Part shown: positions 21,988-34,725 of the stretch, piece after piece
How positions within the stretch are numbered: the stretch's first letter is position 1
Layout: every line of letters begins with the position of its first letter
NCBI GenBank assembly: GCA_014905635.1
Contig: JABVCE010000018.1
Location: 248,001-312,000, forward strand
From: Scenedesmus sp. PABB004
Lineage: Eukaryota
Reading direction: 5' to 3'
DNA length: 64,000 nucleotides
Notes under the pieces: generated by a model
The model's input: only the letters and a program-made list of their open reading frames with translations
Databases searched by the model: none
Told to the model about the DNA's origin: nothing
Translations under genes and position numbers: made by a program

Positions 21988-23103
21988 CGCGTGTGCGCGG
22001 CGGGCCGTGCGGGAGGGGCGGGGCAACGTGGGGGTGACGGGCGTGCTCACAACAAAAACGAGGGGGATGGCGTGCGGCGCTCAGCGCTTGCGCCGGCCGC
22101 CAGGCCCGGCCGCCCCGCGCGGCGCGGCTGGCCGGCCGGCCGGCGCTGCGCAGGGCTGATGGCGCCCTGCTGCCCGCAGGGCGAACGCATGGCGCGCAAT
22201 GTCTCGCGCGGCGGCGAGTTGTGTCTGGTTGGTTCGCGGCGTGCTGCCCGGTTTTGCGCAGCGACCGGCGGCGGCGCGCGCGCGCGCCTCAGGGACTGCC
22301 GAGCCTGGGCCGCGCGCGCCGCCGCCGCGCCACCAAGAAAGTCTCCAGAAAGTCTAGTTCCTGGGTGCGCTGCATCTGCTGCCTGAGTGCCAGCTCGCGC
22401 GCTGCCCGCGCAGATTGGCGGGGGGAAGGGGGGGGCCTGCACTGCGAAGCACCCGCCCGCCGGCCAGCGATCGGCCGGCCGGGGGCGCGGGAAATGGCAC
22501 ACCATGATGATGCTGATGCTGGCTGGCCTCTTGGCCGCCTCTTTGGGGCGCGCGCTCGCGCGGATTTTGGGCGGGCTTCCTGTCTGTTATATGCGCGCGC
22601 TGACGCCGCCGCGCTCACGCTGCGCTGCCCCACGGCGGCGGGCGCCGCCGCACCCCCACGCGCTTGCGCACCCCTGCCAACACCACTTCACGAGCAGCAC
22701 CCCACATGCCTCCAACTGGGGCGGCCCCGGGCGCCGGATTTGGCGGCGGCAGTTGGCAGCTGAGCAGCTGCTGCGTGCGTGGCGGCCGATTTTGTGCGCG
22801 CGCGGGACCCGGCGCCGACGGCAACCTTTTTTCCGCGGCGTGCGCTCTGGGGAAGCGCCCAGCAGCAGCGATCAGCGTTGGCGGGATGACAGTGGGCGGC
22901 GCGCCGGGCTGCCGCGGCGGCGCAGGCGCGCGGAGCACCGCGCTGCACCGCCGCGCTTCAGCCCAGGTCGCGGTCGGCTCCCGAAGCGCGCGCCCCGCCA
23001 CGGCAGCTGGTGAGCCATCATCCGCGACCCGCCTCCGCGCAAACGCGGAGTTCCGCCGCTGCCGCCGCGCGCGCCGCTGCTGCCGCCGCCGCCGCCGCTC
23101 CCC

Positions 23104-23817
23104 ATGCAGGCCACCGCCCGGTCCTTCGCCCCCGCGCTCCGCAGCAAGGCAGCAGCCTCCCTGACCGCCGCGCGGCCGGCGCGGGTGCTGCAGCGCGTGC
23201 AGCGGCGCGGCATGGCAGCGGCGGCGGCGGCCAAGCAGGTCATCGCCACCGAGGAGGCGCCCGGCGCGCTGGGGCCCTACAGCCAGGCGCGCGCGGCCGC
23301 GGGCGGCCCTGGCTGGCAGCGCAGCGGTGCTGGTGGGCCCGGCATTGGCGCGCGCGGCGCGCGCGGACGGCCCGCGCGCCGCCGCCCCGGGTGTGGCGCA
23401 GGCGATCCGGGCCGGCAACACGCTTTACGTGTCGGGCCAGATCGGGTTCGTCCCCGGCACCAAGGAGTTTGCCTCCGACGGCGTGGAGGGCCAGACCGAG
23501 CAGGCGCGCGCCCGCGGCGCGCTGCTGCGACGCGCTGCCGCGCGCCCGCGCGCCGCGCCGCAAGCGACCACCCCGCCGGCCGCCGGCCGCCCGGCCAGGT
23601 GATGAAGAACATGGGCGCCATCCTGCGCGCCGCGGGCGCCGACTACGGCAACGTGGTCAAGACCACGATCCTGCTGGCAGACATGGCCGACTTTGGCGCC
23701 GTCAACGCCATCTACGGCCGCTTCTTCCCGTCCGACCCGCCCGCGCGCTCGACGTTTGCTGTCAAGGCGCTGCCGCTCAACGCGCTCGTGGAGATCGAGT
23801 GCATCGCCGTGCTGTGA
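23104..23817 (+). CDS. ridA: RidA/YjgF/UK114 reactive intermediate deaminase, organelle-targeted
   Basis: APGALGPYSQ|AIRAGNTLYVSGQIG...QTEQ|VMKNMGAIL...VVKTTILL...PPARSTFAVKALPLNALVEIECIA; both introns are GC-AG (23287-23401, 23504-23598). Confidence 0.95.
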   Translation: MQATARSFAPALRSKAAASLTAARPARVLQRVQRRGMAAAAAAKQVIATEEAPGALGPYSQARAAAGGPGWQRSGAGGPGIGARGARGRPARRRPGCGAGDPGRQHALRVGPDRVRPRHQGVCLRRRGGPDRAGARPRRAAATRCRAPARRAASDHPAGRRPPGQVMKNMGAILRAAGADYGNVVKTTILLADMADFGAVNAIYGRFFPSDPPARSTFAVKALPLNALVEIECIAVL

Positions 23818-24576
23818 GGAGGGGGCTGCGGCGCTGGCGGCCGCGGGCGGGCCGCGCGGGCGCGGCCGCGCGCCGCGCGCAGCGGCGTCCGGCGGCGGCC
23901 GGTGACGCTGCCGCGGCGGCAGTGTGGCGCGAACGAGGGGCGGAAACCGCGAGGTCGTGCCTGACGGCGCCGCGCGAGCATCGCGGCACTGCAGCAGCGG
24001 AGTGGGAACTCGCTACACAACAAGGCGTAGCTGCCCCCGGGAGCCCGCTGGGCAGCCCCCTGCACGGGCACCGCAACGCACTAGGAGCGCGCGAATTCTG
24101 AACGGCCGCGCGAGGCGCGGCCGCCACCAGCAGGCAGGCTCCAACAGCAGCACGACGGCAAAACCCGGGCGCGGCCAGCACACCTTGTTCAGGTGGCCTG
24201 CTGGTGTTCTTTATTAGCCGCACACACACGTGTGTGGCGCCCGGGGCCGCTTGCCCCCAGACGCGTCGGGCGTCCCGGCGGGACGCCCCGCGAGGGCGCA
24301 GCGTGCTGCTGTGCACACGGTCATCGACCGCACACACACCACACATGAGCAGACGCGCAGGCAGGTCCTGAGCAACTCGGACGCAGGCGCCGCTCAAACC
24401 CATTTAAGCCCGGCACCCGCCGCGACCGGGCACCGGCCGCCGCCGGGCGCGCGCCCCGGCGGCGGCGACGGCTGGGACCTCGGACCTCCGACCTCGGGAC
24501 CTCAAACTCAACTTCAGCCCGCGCCTGGCTCCCAATCCATATCGTCGCCGTCACGATATGTTGAGACTGGGGCGGC

Positions 24577-25089
24577 GTGAGCTCGCCCCCGCCGCCCCGC
24601 CCGCGCCAGCCGCGCCCGCGCCGGCCGCCGCCCCGGCCCCGCCCGCCGCCGCGCCCGCGCCCGCCGCCGCCGCCGCCGCGCCCGCGCGTGGCGCGCGCGG
24701 CCGCGCGCACCGCGCGCGTCGCCGCCGCGCCGGCGGTCGTGCTGGCCAGGCCGACCTGCGCCTCGGTGAAGCCTGGGTTACGCATGGGCATGCTGGTGCA
24801 GTGCTCGGCCATCGAGCGGCCTCAAACAGCCTGCGGCGCGGCGGCGGGCGTCGGTGTTGGCGGCGTCGCGGCGCGGCGCGGCGCGGCGCGGCGCGGGGCA
24901 GCGATCGCGTGGCAGCGACCGCGGGGCGCGCCTGGTGATGGCGTTGACGACGCGCGCGAGGCCGGGCGGCGCCTGGCTTGGGATGTAGGTCGCGGCGCTG
25001 CCCGCGGCCGGCGCGTCGCGCAGGAACTTGTCCTCCGTCGTGGCCACGTGGGGCCGCACGACGTGGTCGATCAGGCCCGTGGCGGCCAT
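24577..25089 (-). CDS. Small hypothetical algal protein; second-exon frame and 3' end uncertain
   Basis: GCGATG at 25089, MAATGLIDHVVRPHVATTEDKFL...RVVNAITR|LFE across a GC-AG intron (~24831-24931); TATA-like element upstream. Confidence 0.5.
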
Positions 25090-25245
25090 CGCGGACAGCG
25101 GCGCGCGGCGGCGGCGACGGGGCGGCGACGGGCGGCGACGGCGGCGGCGCGGCGGCGCTGTGCGGGCGTGGGCGAGGGGTCGTGTGGGCGCGGGCGCGGT
25201 CGGCACACGGCACGGGAGAGTGGCAGGGCGCAGCGATCGCGGCGG

Positions 25246-25254
25246 CCTATAAGG
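25246..25254. promoter_or_regulatory. TATA-like box (CCTATAAGG)
   Basis: Isolated TATA in a very GC-rich intergenic stretch between divergent genes (ATG 25089 - and 25676 +). Confidence 0.45.
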
Positions 25255-25675
25255 CGGGGCGCCGCGTGCGCGACGGCGACGCGAGCGTCATGTGACCGCC
25301 GCGCCGCGATGAGCGCGCGAGAGCGCCCCTGTCGCGCCCGGAGAGCGCGCCCCGGCGCCGCCGAGGCCGCGGCTCGCGCGGCGCGCGGCGACAGCTGTCG
25401 CCGGCCGCGCGCGGCGTGTGCGCGATCTGGCCAGCGCGGCGCGGTGTGGCGCGCAGCCTGCCGGCCGCAGCACCGGGTTTTACGCGTGGGACCAGGCGCC
25501 TGGTGCGGACGCCTGGGTGCGGCAGCAGGTTGCGATTTACAACTCGCGCGCAGGCCCAGCGCGCGTGCCCAGCCCGCGCCGCCTGGCCCCGATGCACAAG
25601 TTCCGCTCGGCTCACCTCGCCCGCTGTACACAGCCTGGCGATGCCGCGGCCTCGACGCCGTGAGTAGGCGGGCGC

Positions 25676-28600
25676 ATGGCGGCCGGTCGCCCGCGCGCAG
25701 CGGCGCTCCTGGTGCTTCTGGTGCTTTTGGTGCTGCCGTGGCGCCTGGACGCGGCGGCGCAGGCCGGCGTGGCGCAGGTGCGTCTCGGCGCGCGCTCGCT
25801 CCTCGCCGCGATCCGCTCGCGGCCCGACAGACGGCGCGGGAGGTGGGCCGTGGGCTCGGGGTGCCGTGTGAGCGCGCGCGGCAGCAGCAGCGGCGTGGTC
25901 AGGCCGGGCGACAGCGGCAGCAGCACCAGCATGCGGCAACCTTCTGCGGCCAGGCCCCGGGCCCGCGCGCCCGGCGCACCGTCGCAGCGCCGCCCTCGCC
26001 CCGTGGGCCGTCGCATGGCGCAGCACTCAGCAGCAGCAGCGCCGGCGGCACCCGCGCGGCGCCCACGCCGCCGCCGCGACCCCCGCGCCCGCCGCAGCTC
26101 GCCGCGGAGCTGTACCCCGGGCATGTGCTGCTGCAGCTCGCGCCCGGCAGCACCAGCCGGCTGCAGGCGGCCGCGCGCGCGGCGGCGGCGCGGGCGCGCA
26201 GCGGGCGCGTGCTCGTGGTGCTCGACCCCGGCGGGCCCGGCGGCGGGGCGCTGACGGTGGACGTGCCGCTGCAGCTGCGCGAGGGCGAGGCGCTGGTGCT
26301 GGCCACGCCCGCGGCGCTGCGGGCGGCGGCGGACGGCCGCGGCGGCGGCGGCCGCGGCGCGGCGGGCCGGGCGCCCGCGCCGCAGCTGCTGCGCGTCGAC
26401 TGCGCCAGGTCGGCCGCGCTCGCCGTCGCGGAGGGCGCGCGGCGCTGGAGCTGCTGGGCCTGTCCGTGCGCGGCTGCCGCGGCACCGCGGTCAGCATGCA
26501 GGGCGGCAGCCTGCTGGCGCTGCAGGTGCGCGGGCGCGGGCGCGGGGGCTGCGCGCGCGGGGCGGGCAGGCGCGCGCTCTGGGGTCGCGCGCCGCCGCCC
26601 GCCGCCCACGCCGCGGCGCCGTCGCAGGACGTGGAGCTTCTGGGCAACAACCACAGGGCGCAGGAGGAGCTCGGCGGCGGCGTGGCCGCGCAGGACGTCG
26701 CGGCCGTCACGCTGACGCGCGTCACGTGCAGCCACAACTTTGCGGCCACGCGCGGCGGCTGCGTCAGGGCGCTGCGCGTGCGGCGGCTCGACGTGGTCGA
26801 CAGCACCTTTGTGGATAACTGGGTGCGTGCGCCGGCAGCGCGCCGCGCGCCGCTGCGGCCCGCGGGCGGCCGCAGGAGCAGCCCCGGCGCCGCGCGCGCG
26901 ACGCACATGCTCACATGCTCACCCGGCCCTGCCGCCCTGCCGCCCGGGCAGATCAAGAACCCGGACGAGGCCAAGAGCGGCGGCGGCGCGCTCAGCGCGA
27001 CGCTGGTGGACGCGGTGCGCGTGACGCGCAGCACGTTTGCGAACAACACCGCCGCCGGCAGCGAGACCGAGGGCGGCGCGATCGACGTCGCCACCAGCGG
27101 CACCCTCGCCATCGCCGGCTGCACCTTTCACAACAACAGCGCGCAGCTCCACGTGCGCGGGGGGGGGGGGGGGGGCGGCGCGGCCAGCGGTCGGCGCAGC
27201 GCGCAGCGCGCCCGCGTGGGCGCCCGACGGCCCCCGCCGCCGCCTGCCGCGCGCGCGCAGGGCGGCGCCGTCGCCGGGGACGAGGTGGACGCCGTGGAGG
27301 TGAGCGACTGCCGCTTCACGCTCAACGGCCACTTCCGGCTCACGCCGGCCGAGCTCGAGGCCTTTGAGGGCTTCCCCTGGGTCTTTGCCGGTGGCGGCGT
27401 GTCCGTGTCCGGCTACCGCAGCGTCGCGGTGACCGTGCGGCGCTGCAACTTTACCGACAATGCCTCCGAGTCGGGCGGCGGCGTCGCGCTCACGCAGTGG
27501 GGCTACATGCGCGGCCGGCTCGACGTGCACGGCTGCCGCTTCGAGCGCAACAAGGCGCGCGCGCGCGGGGCCGCGCGGGGCCCGCGGCCCTGCCCGCCGC
27601 GCGCCGCGCGCGCCACGCCGCACGCGCGGGGCCCGCGGCCCTGCCCGCCGCGCGCCGCGCGCGCCACGCCGCACGCGCGCGGCCGGCCGCCGAGCGCGCG
27701 CGCGCCGCCGCCGCGCCCACCCGCGCGCCCGCGTAGGCCGACATCGGCGGCGGGGTGTTTGTGAACGAAAACATGGGCTCTAGCCTCAACGCGAGCGACT
27801 GCGTGTTCCTGCGCAACAGCGGCGACTTTGGCGGCGGCGCGGGCGCCATCTACGACACCGACGCGATCATCACCAACACCCTGTTCGAGGGCAACACGGT
27901 GCGCCGCAGCGACCAGGGGCGCCGCGGGGGGGTGGCCTGCGGGCACGCGCGCAGCCGCGCGCGCGCCGGGGCGGCGGCCGCGCCCGCCCACGCGCCGCCG
28001 CGGCGCCGCGCCGCGCGCAGGGCAACTCGGAGGGCGGCGCGCTGCACGTCGAGACCGAGTGGGCGGCCGGCAGCGGCAACGCGCTGCGCCTGGTCGACGT
28101 GCGCTTCGTTGGCAACAGCGCCAAGGTCACGGGCGGCGCGGTTGTGTGCAACGGGCAGGGCCTGGCGCTGACGCGCGCGGCCCTCACAGGCAACACGGTG
28201 CGCCGCCGGCCGGCCGGTCGGCGCCCCGGCCGCGCCGCGCCTGCCTCGCGCCGCGCCTGCCGTGCGCCGCGCCCGCTGACTGCGCCCGCCCGCGCGCGCC
28301 CCAGGCCGGGCTGGACGGCGGCGCCGTGTCGGTCACGGGCGCGCAGGGCGTGGCGCTGTCGGACGTTCAGCTCGTCGACAACGCGGCGCGGGCGGGCGCA
28401 GGCGGCGGCGCGCGGGTCGCGATGTCGTCCGACGTCGCCCTCACGCGCGTGTCGCTGCGCGGCAACCGCGCGGCCGAGGGCGGCGGGCTGCACCTCTCGG
28501 CGCTCTCCGGCGCGGACCTGGCCGGCCTGGTGTTTGAGGCCAACGCCGCCGCGCGCGTGGGCGGCGGCCTCGTCGTCGCGGGCTGCGCGCGCGTGGCGGT

Positions 28601-31600
28601 CAATGACAGCGTGCTCGTCCGCAACACCGCGCTGCTCGGCGCGGGGCTCGCCGCCGACAGCAGCGGCCTCGCCCTCACCGGCGTCAACCTCACCTCCAAC
28701 GTCGCGCTGCTCAAGGAGCAGGCGGAGGCCGCGAGCGCCGCAGAGGCCGCCGCGGCCGCCGCGGCGGAGCAGGCGGCGGCCGACGAGGAGGAGGAGGCGG
28801 AGGGCGGCGGCGGCGCCGCCGCGCCGGCGGCGCCCGTGCTCTCGGGCGTGCTGCAGTTTGCGTCGATCATCTACGCCCACGGCAGCGCCGGCGCCGCGCT
28901 GGTGCAGCGCTCGGCGCTCAACCTCACGCGCTGCGCGCTCGCCAACAACACCGCCGGCTGGGAGGGCGGCGCGCTGCTGCTGCAGCAGCCCGCCGCCTTT
29001 TCCATCGTGGACAGCCGCTTCGCGCACAACCGCGCCGAGGGCGGCGCCGGCGGCGCGCTTGCGGCGCGCGGCGGCGGCGGCGCGGCGGCCGCGCGCGGCC
29101 GCCTGGACGGCTGCACGTTTGCGCACAACAGCGCGGCCGACGGCAGCGGCGGCGCCGCGCTGTACGACTCTGGCATCGGGCCGCTGCGGGTGGAGCACGA
29201 GGGCTGCAGCTTCAACTCCAACGAGGCGGGCCAGGACGGCGGCGGCGTGGCGGCGACCGGGCCGACCGCGCTCGGCTGCAGCGACTGCGCCGCGGACCGC
29301 AACACCGCGGCGCGGCGCGGCGGCTGGCTCGCGTGCGCCGGCTGCGCGGCGGTGGACCTGGCCAGCGTAAACAGCACCGGCAACGCCGCCGCGGTTGCGG
29401 GCGGCGCGGTCAGCTGCGACGGCTGCGCCTCGTTCGCGGCGCGCGGCGGGCGCTTTGCGAGCAGCACCGCCGCGGACGGCGGCGCGCTGGCGCTGCAGGG
29501 CACCGCCGCCGTGGAGGTGCGCGGCGCGACGCTCGCACACAACGCCGCCGCGGCGGGCCTGCTGGTCGCGAGCGGCAGCGAGGCGCTCGCGCGCGAGGGC
29601 CGCCTGCCGGCGCGGTGGCAAGCGCTATACGCGCTCGCCGCGGGCGGCGGCGCCGTGGCGGGCAGCCCTGCCGCCGGCGCGGGCGGCGGGCTCTTTGTGG
29701 CAGGCGGGGGCTCTGCGGTGCTGGCGGACGTGGTGCTGCAGAACAACACCGGCGCGACCGGCGGCGCCGTGTTTGCGGCCGTCGGCGGCTGCGCGCCCGG
29801 CGGCGACGGCGCCGGCGGCGGCGCGAGCGAGGGCGCCTGCCGGCTGCTGCTGGCCAACGCGACCGCGGTGGACAACTCGGCCAGCCACGCCGGCGGCGTC
29901 ATCTACACCAGCACGCCCGCCGCGCTGGTCGTGGCCGCCGGCAGCGGCGACGCGGCGCCGGAGCAGCAGGACGCGGCCCTGGCCCTGCTGCGCTACGACA
30001 ACAGCGTGGCGCGCGGCGGCTACGGCCCGGGCGCGGCGAGCTTCCCCGCCGCGCTGTCGCTGCTGCCGCCCAACGCCAGCAGCGCGGGCGGCGGCGGCGG
30101 CGCGCCGGCGCCCCAGCCCGCGCGGCTGGTCGCGGCGGCGGCGCCGCCGGCGGCGCTGGCGCGGCAGGCGCCGCAGGCGGGCGAGCTGCTGGGCCGCGGC
30201 CGCCGGCTCGCGCAGCTCGGCGGGGGTTCATGTCGCAGCTCGCCATCGCGAGCGACAACGTGCTGCACAAGGCCTCGGACGTCATCGACGCGACCTCCGC
30301 GGGTGCGCACTGGGCGGCCGCTGGGCGGCCGTGGGCGTGCGCGCGCGCGCATGCACGCGGCCCGCCGCCGGCCGCGCGGCCGTCAGCACGCGCCGCGCGG
30401 TGCGTCCCCGCTCCCCTCCCCGCGCAGGCGTGGCGCTGGACCCCGTGTGCCCCGCGCTGGGCGCGACGGTGCTGGGCGCCGCCGAGGCGGCGATCGACAG
30501 CCACCAGGCGTTTGCGCTGCCGGTGCACAGCATGGACGCGTTTGACTCGCAGGTCTCGTCCGGCCCCGGCGCTGACTGGGCGATCGCGCTGCAGCAGCCG
30601 CGCCTGCTGTCCGGCGGCGCGGGCGGCACGGGCGGCGGCGCGGGCGGCGTGCAGCTGCTGAGCGCGGCGCGCGCGCGGCTGGCGTCGGGGCGGTCGTGCT
30701 CGAGGGCCTCAGCGTCGCCGCGCCGCCGGGGAGCACCGTGGGCATGCAGCTCAACGCCTTTGCCGCGCAGGGCGGCGGCGGGCAGGTGCGGACCCGCGCC
30801 GCGGCCCGGGCGCGCGCGCGCGGCCGCTCGCCCCGCTGACGGGACCCCTCCGCCGCCGCGCCGGCGCCGCGCATGCGCCGCCGCGCGCAGCAGCTGGTGA
30901 GCGACCTAGTGGTGCACGTGCGGCCCTGCCTGCCGGGGCAGAGCGCGGTCATCACCAACACCACGGCCGCGGGGGTCGTGCAGACCTGCCTGCTCTGCCC
31001 CGCGCCGTCGTTCAGCTTCACAGCGTACGTCAACGGCAGCAGCGCCCGCCGCGCGGCTGCGCCGCCGGGCGAGCCCGGCGGCGGCGCGGTCGCGGGCGCG
31101 TGCCAGCGCTGCCCGCCCGGCGGGCTGTGCGTGGCGGGCATGGTCATCCCCCAGCAGGCCTGGTACCAGCCCCACCCGCGCAGCGCCTACATCCGCGCCT
31201 GCCCGCACGCGGCGGCGTGCACGCGCGCGCCGGGCGCGGTGCTCAACCTCCAGGCCTTCCAGTGCGCGATGCGGCGCGAGCTCGACCCGGGCGCGATCGA
31301 CGCGCGGCCCTACACCGCGCTGCAGTGCGCGCGGGGCTACGCGGGGCCGTTCTGCGCAGCGTGCTACCGCCCCGGCCGCCACGCGTGGCTCTCGCAGCCG
31401 GGGCGCGGCGCGCTGCTGCTCGCCGACGTCGGCGGCGGCGCGCGCGGCTACGCCGTCGCGGCGCAGGGCGTCGCGCTCGCGGCGCCGCAGCCGGGCTTTG
31501 GCCCGGCCGAGGTCTACGGCCGCGCCGCGGGGCGCTGCGTGCGCTGCCCGCACCTCGCCGCCGCGTGGCTGGGCTGGCTCGCGGCGCGCGTGCTCGACCT

Positions 31601-34600
31601 CGCGCTCGTCGCCGGCCTCGCCCTGCTCTGGCTGCTGCTCGGCGCGCTCGCGACGTCGGGCGCGGCCGACGCGCTCGCGCGGCTCAAGGCGGCGCACGCC
31701 AAGGAGCTGGCCTACGGCGACCGAGCGCTCATCGCGCGCGTGTCGACCACGATACGCCGCGCGAGCAGCGAGCTGCGGCGCACGGGCTCCGCGCTGCTCG
31801 GCCCGCGCCTCGGCTCGGCGTCTGGCCGCAGCGTCGTGCCCGCGGAAGGTGGCCTGCCGCCCGGCGCGCAGCGCTGGCCGTCGGCGCCCACCGACGGCGC
31901 GCGCGGCTGGGCCGGCGGCGGCGCGCCGCCGGCCGAGGCGCAGCCGGGCGGCAAGGCGCCGCCGCTGCGCAGCGCGGGCAGCATCCCGCTGCCCCGCAAC
32001 ACGCGCTTCCTGGGGGAGCCCTATTACCGGAGCATGGCCCTGCCCTCGTCGCCGTCCCTGCTGACGCCCGCGGCGCCGCTCGCGCCGGTCAGCAGCGCGG
32101 GCGAGGAGGGCGAGGGCGGCGGCGGCGGCAGCGGCGCGTTGGCGCCCGCGGGCAGCGGCGCGGCCTCGGCATTCGAGTCGCCCTTTGCCGCGCCCGGCGT
32201 GAACGCCGACAGCGGCGCCGACAGCAGCGCCGCCGGCGGCGCCGCGAGCGGCTTTGGCGCGACGAGCGGCGACGGCAGCTCGGGGCAGCTGGCGGACAGC
32301 GGCAGCGGCGGCGTGTCGCCGTTTGTGCTGCAGCTGCAGTCGCAGGCGGCGTCGCAGGCGGCGTCGCAGGCGGCGTCGCAGGCGGCGTCGCAGGCGGCGT
32401 CGCAGCGCGCGGCGCGCTCGGCGCTGGCCGACCTCGACGACAGCGCCGCGCCGCCCGCCGGCGGCGCGCACGGCAGCCTCGCGGCGTCGCCGTTCAGCGG
32501 CCCGCTGCCGCTCGCGGGTCAGCCCACGCTGGCCAACCGGCTCTACGCGCCCGGCAACGTGCTCAACTCGCCGCTGAGCATCACCTGGTCGACGGCGGTC
32601 AACCTCATGGCGCAGCAGCAGCAGCAGCAGCAGCCGCCGGGCCAGGCGCCGGGCCCCCGCGACGGCGGCTTCCTGGGCGGCGCGGCGGGCGGGCAGGCGC
32701 CGCGCGACGGCCGCGCGGTCGCCGCCGAGGCGCCGGCCGACGAGCGCCTGGCGCTGCTGCTCATTGCGGTGCGGCACCTGGCGTGCACGGCCCAGGTGCT
32801 GCTGGACGGCGTGCAGATCGCGGCAGTCATCCTCTCGCTGGACGCCTGCTACGCCCTGCCCGCCTGGACCGCGGCGGGGCTCTCGGCGGTGCTGATCACG
32901 CAGTCCAACACCTGGCAGTGGGTGCCGTTTGACTGCCTCCTGCCCGGCGGCTCGCCCGCCTCGGGCGCGGCGGCGCAGTCCGTGCTGATCATGCTCCTGC
33001 CCGGTGAGCGGCCCGCAGAGCCGCTGCGGCGCCCCCGGCACGGCACGCGCGCCCACCTGGCCCGCGCACGCGCGTCGCTGACCGCCGCCCTGCCGCCTGC
33101 CCCGCTCGCCGTCCCCGCCGCCGCCCGCAGCGATTTACACGGGCCTGCTGCTGCTGCTGCTCGTCCAGCTGCGCAAGTGCAGCGGCGCCTGCCTCGTGCG
33201 CTGCAGCGAGCGCCGCGCGGCGGCTGCCGCGGCGCGCGCGGAGGCGCGCCAGGCCGCAGCGGCGGCCAGCGCGGCGAGCGCGGCGCGGGCCGCGGCGCAG
33301 AAGCGCGCGGCCAAGGAGGCGGCGCGCAAGGCCGCGGCGTCGCCGCCGCCGCCGGCGCAGTGCGACGTGGACGGCGCCCGCGACACGGGCGCCGGCGCGC
33401 TGCCGCGGGACGGCGACGGCGACGGTGACGACGCCGCGGCGTCGCCGTTCATGGCGGCGGCGCACCTCGCGCTGCCGGGCGGCGCGCTCGCGGGCGCGGA
33501 CAGCGGCGCGCTGCCGGCGTGCGACTCGGGGACGGCGCGGGGCACGCCGCCGACGCCCAGCGCTCAGTACAGCCCCGCCGACAGCAGCGCCCTCGCCGCC
33601 GACGACTCGGTGTCGCCCTTTGCGGTCGCCGGCGCCGGCCGCGCCGCCGCCGGCGCCGGCCCGCCGCCGGGCTGGCTCGCGGGCGCGCTCGCGGCGCTGT
33701 GGGCGCTGCTGCGCCCGCAGCTCGCCAACACGGCCGCGCTCGCCGCCGCGCTGGCGGCCGCGTCGATGGGCTACTGCTACGCGCACTTTGCGGCGACGCT
33801 GCTCGGCGCGTTCAGCTGCATGCCCCTCGCGGGCCGCCCGAGCCTGCCGGGCGAGGTGCGCCTGCACGGCCGCATGTGGATTCCCGACATGCAGATCACC
33901 TGCTGGCGCGGGCAGCACGTGCCCGTGGTGATCGCGGCCGTGCTCGTTGGCATCCCCTGCCTGCTCGCCTACTGGCTGCTCCTGCTGGCGCTGGCGTGGC
34001 CCGACGCCGCGACGCGCGCGGCCAACGCGGCCGGCGCGACCGCGCGCGCCGCGGCGGCCGCGAGCGCGCGCGCCGCGGCGGCCGCGGCCGCGCTCGCGGG
34101 CGTCGCGGGGGGCAGGCCCGCGCGGGCGCCGCGCGGCGCGCGGCGCCGCGCCGCGGCCGCGGCCGTGCACCGCGCCGGCGCCGCCGCCGCGGCCGCCGCG
34201 CTGCGGCCGCTCGAGGCGGCCGCCACGGCGCTCGGCGCCGCCGCGGCGGCGCGTGGCGTGGACGGGCTGCGCTGCGCGGGGCTGGGCGTGTGGAACGTCG
34301 AGTGGCGCTGGTGGTGGCTCGCGGCGCGGGAGTGGGCCAAGCTGGCGGTCATTCTCACCGCCGTCGCGGCGGGCATGCGCGCGAGCGACGCGCAGGCGCC
34401 GCTCGTGCTGTTCGCCGTCGTGGCCGCGAGCGTCGCCGCGTGGTGGGCGCAGCCGGGGTGCAGCACGAGCATGAACCGGCTCGTGTTCATCATGTGTGGC
34501 CTGTGGCAGGGCCTGGCGCTGCTGGTGCTGGTGCTGCTCGTGCCCGCCGCGCTGCACGTCGAGGCGCTCGGCGGCGTGCTCTTCGGGCTCACGCTCCTCC

Positions 34601-34713
34601 TCCTGCTGCTGTTCGGCGGCCTCGTCGTCGGCTCGCTCGCCTGGCGCTGCGTGGTCGCCGCGCGCGGGCTGCCGGCGCCGGCCGTCGCGCCGGCGGCGTC
34701 TCAGCGGCCCTGA
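25676..34713 (+). CDS. Very large cell-surface protein: signal peptide, Pmp-like beta-helix repeats, Cys-rich region, multi-pass C-terminal membrane domain
   Basis: Signal peptide LLVLLVLLVLPW; many FxxN...GGA(I/L/V) repeats (FANNTAAGSETEGGAI, FTDNASESGGGV, FAHNRAEGGAGGAL); CQRCPPGGLC...WYQPHPRS...CARGYAGPFCAAC; WVPFDCLL; several TM helices to TGA 34713. Three 1-nt corrections needed (~26438, ~30224, ~30689). Confidence 0.8.
32339..32405 (+). repeat. 12-bp coding tandem repeat (SQAA)x5
   Basis: GTCGCAGGCGGC repeated five times in frame. Confidence 0.9.
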
Positions 34714-34725
34714 CAGGCTGTGCGG

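Noticed and set aside
27575..27680. ~51-bp tandem duplication in an intron; also (CA)n at ~4887-4905 and a 12-bp repeat at ~60689-60724
   Set aside because: Ordinary intronic slippage repeats with no further structure.
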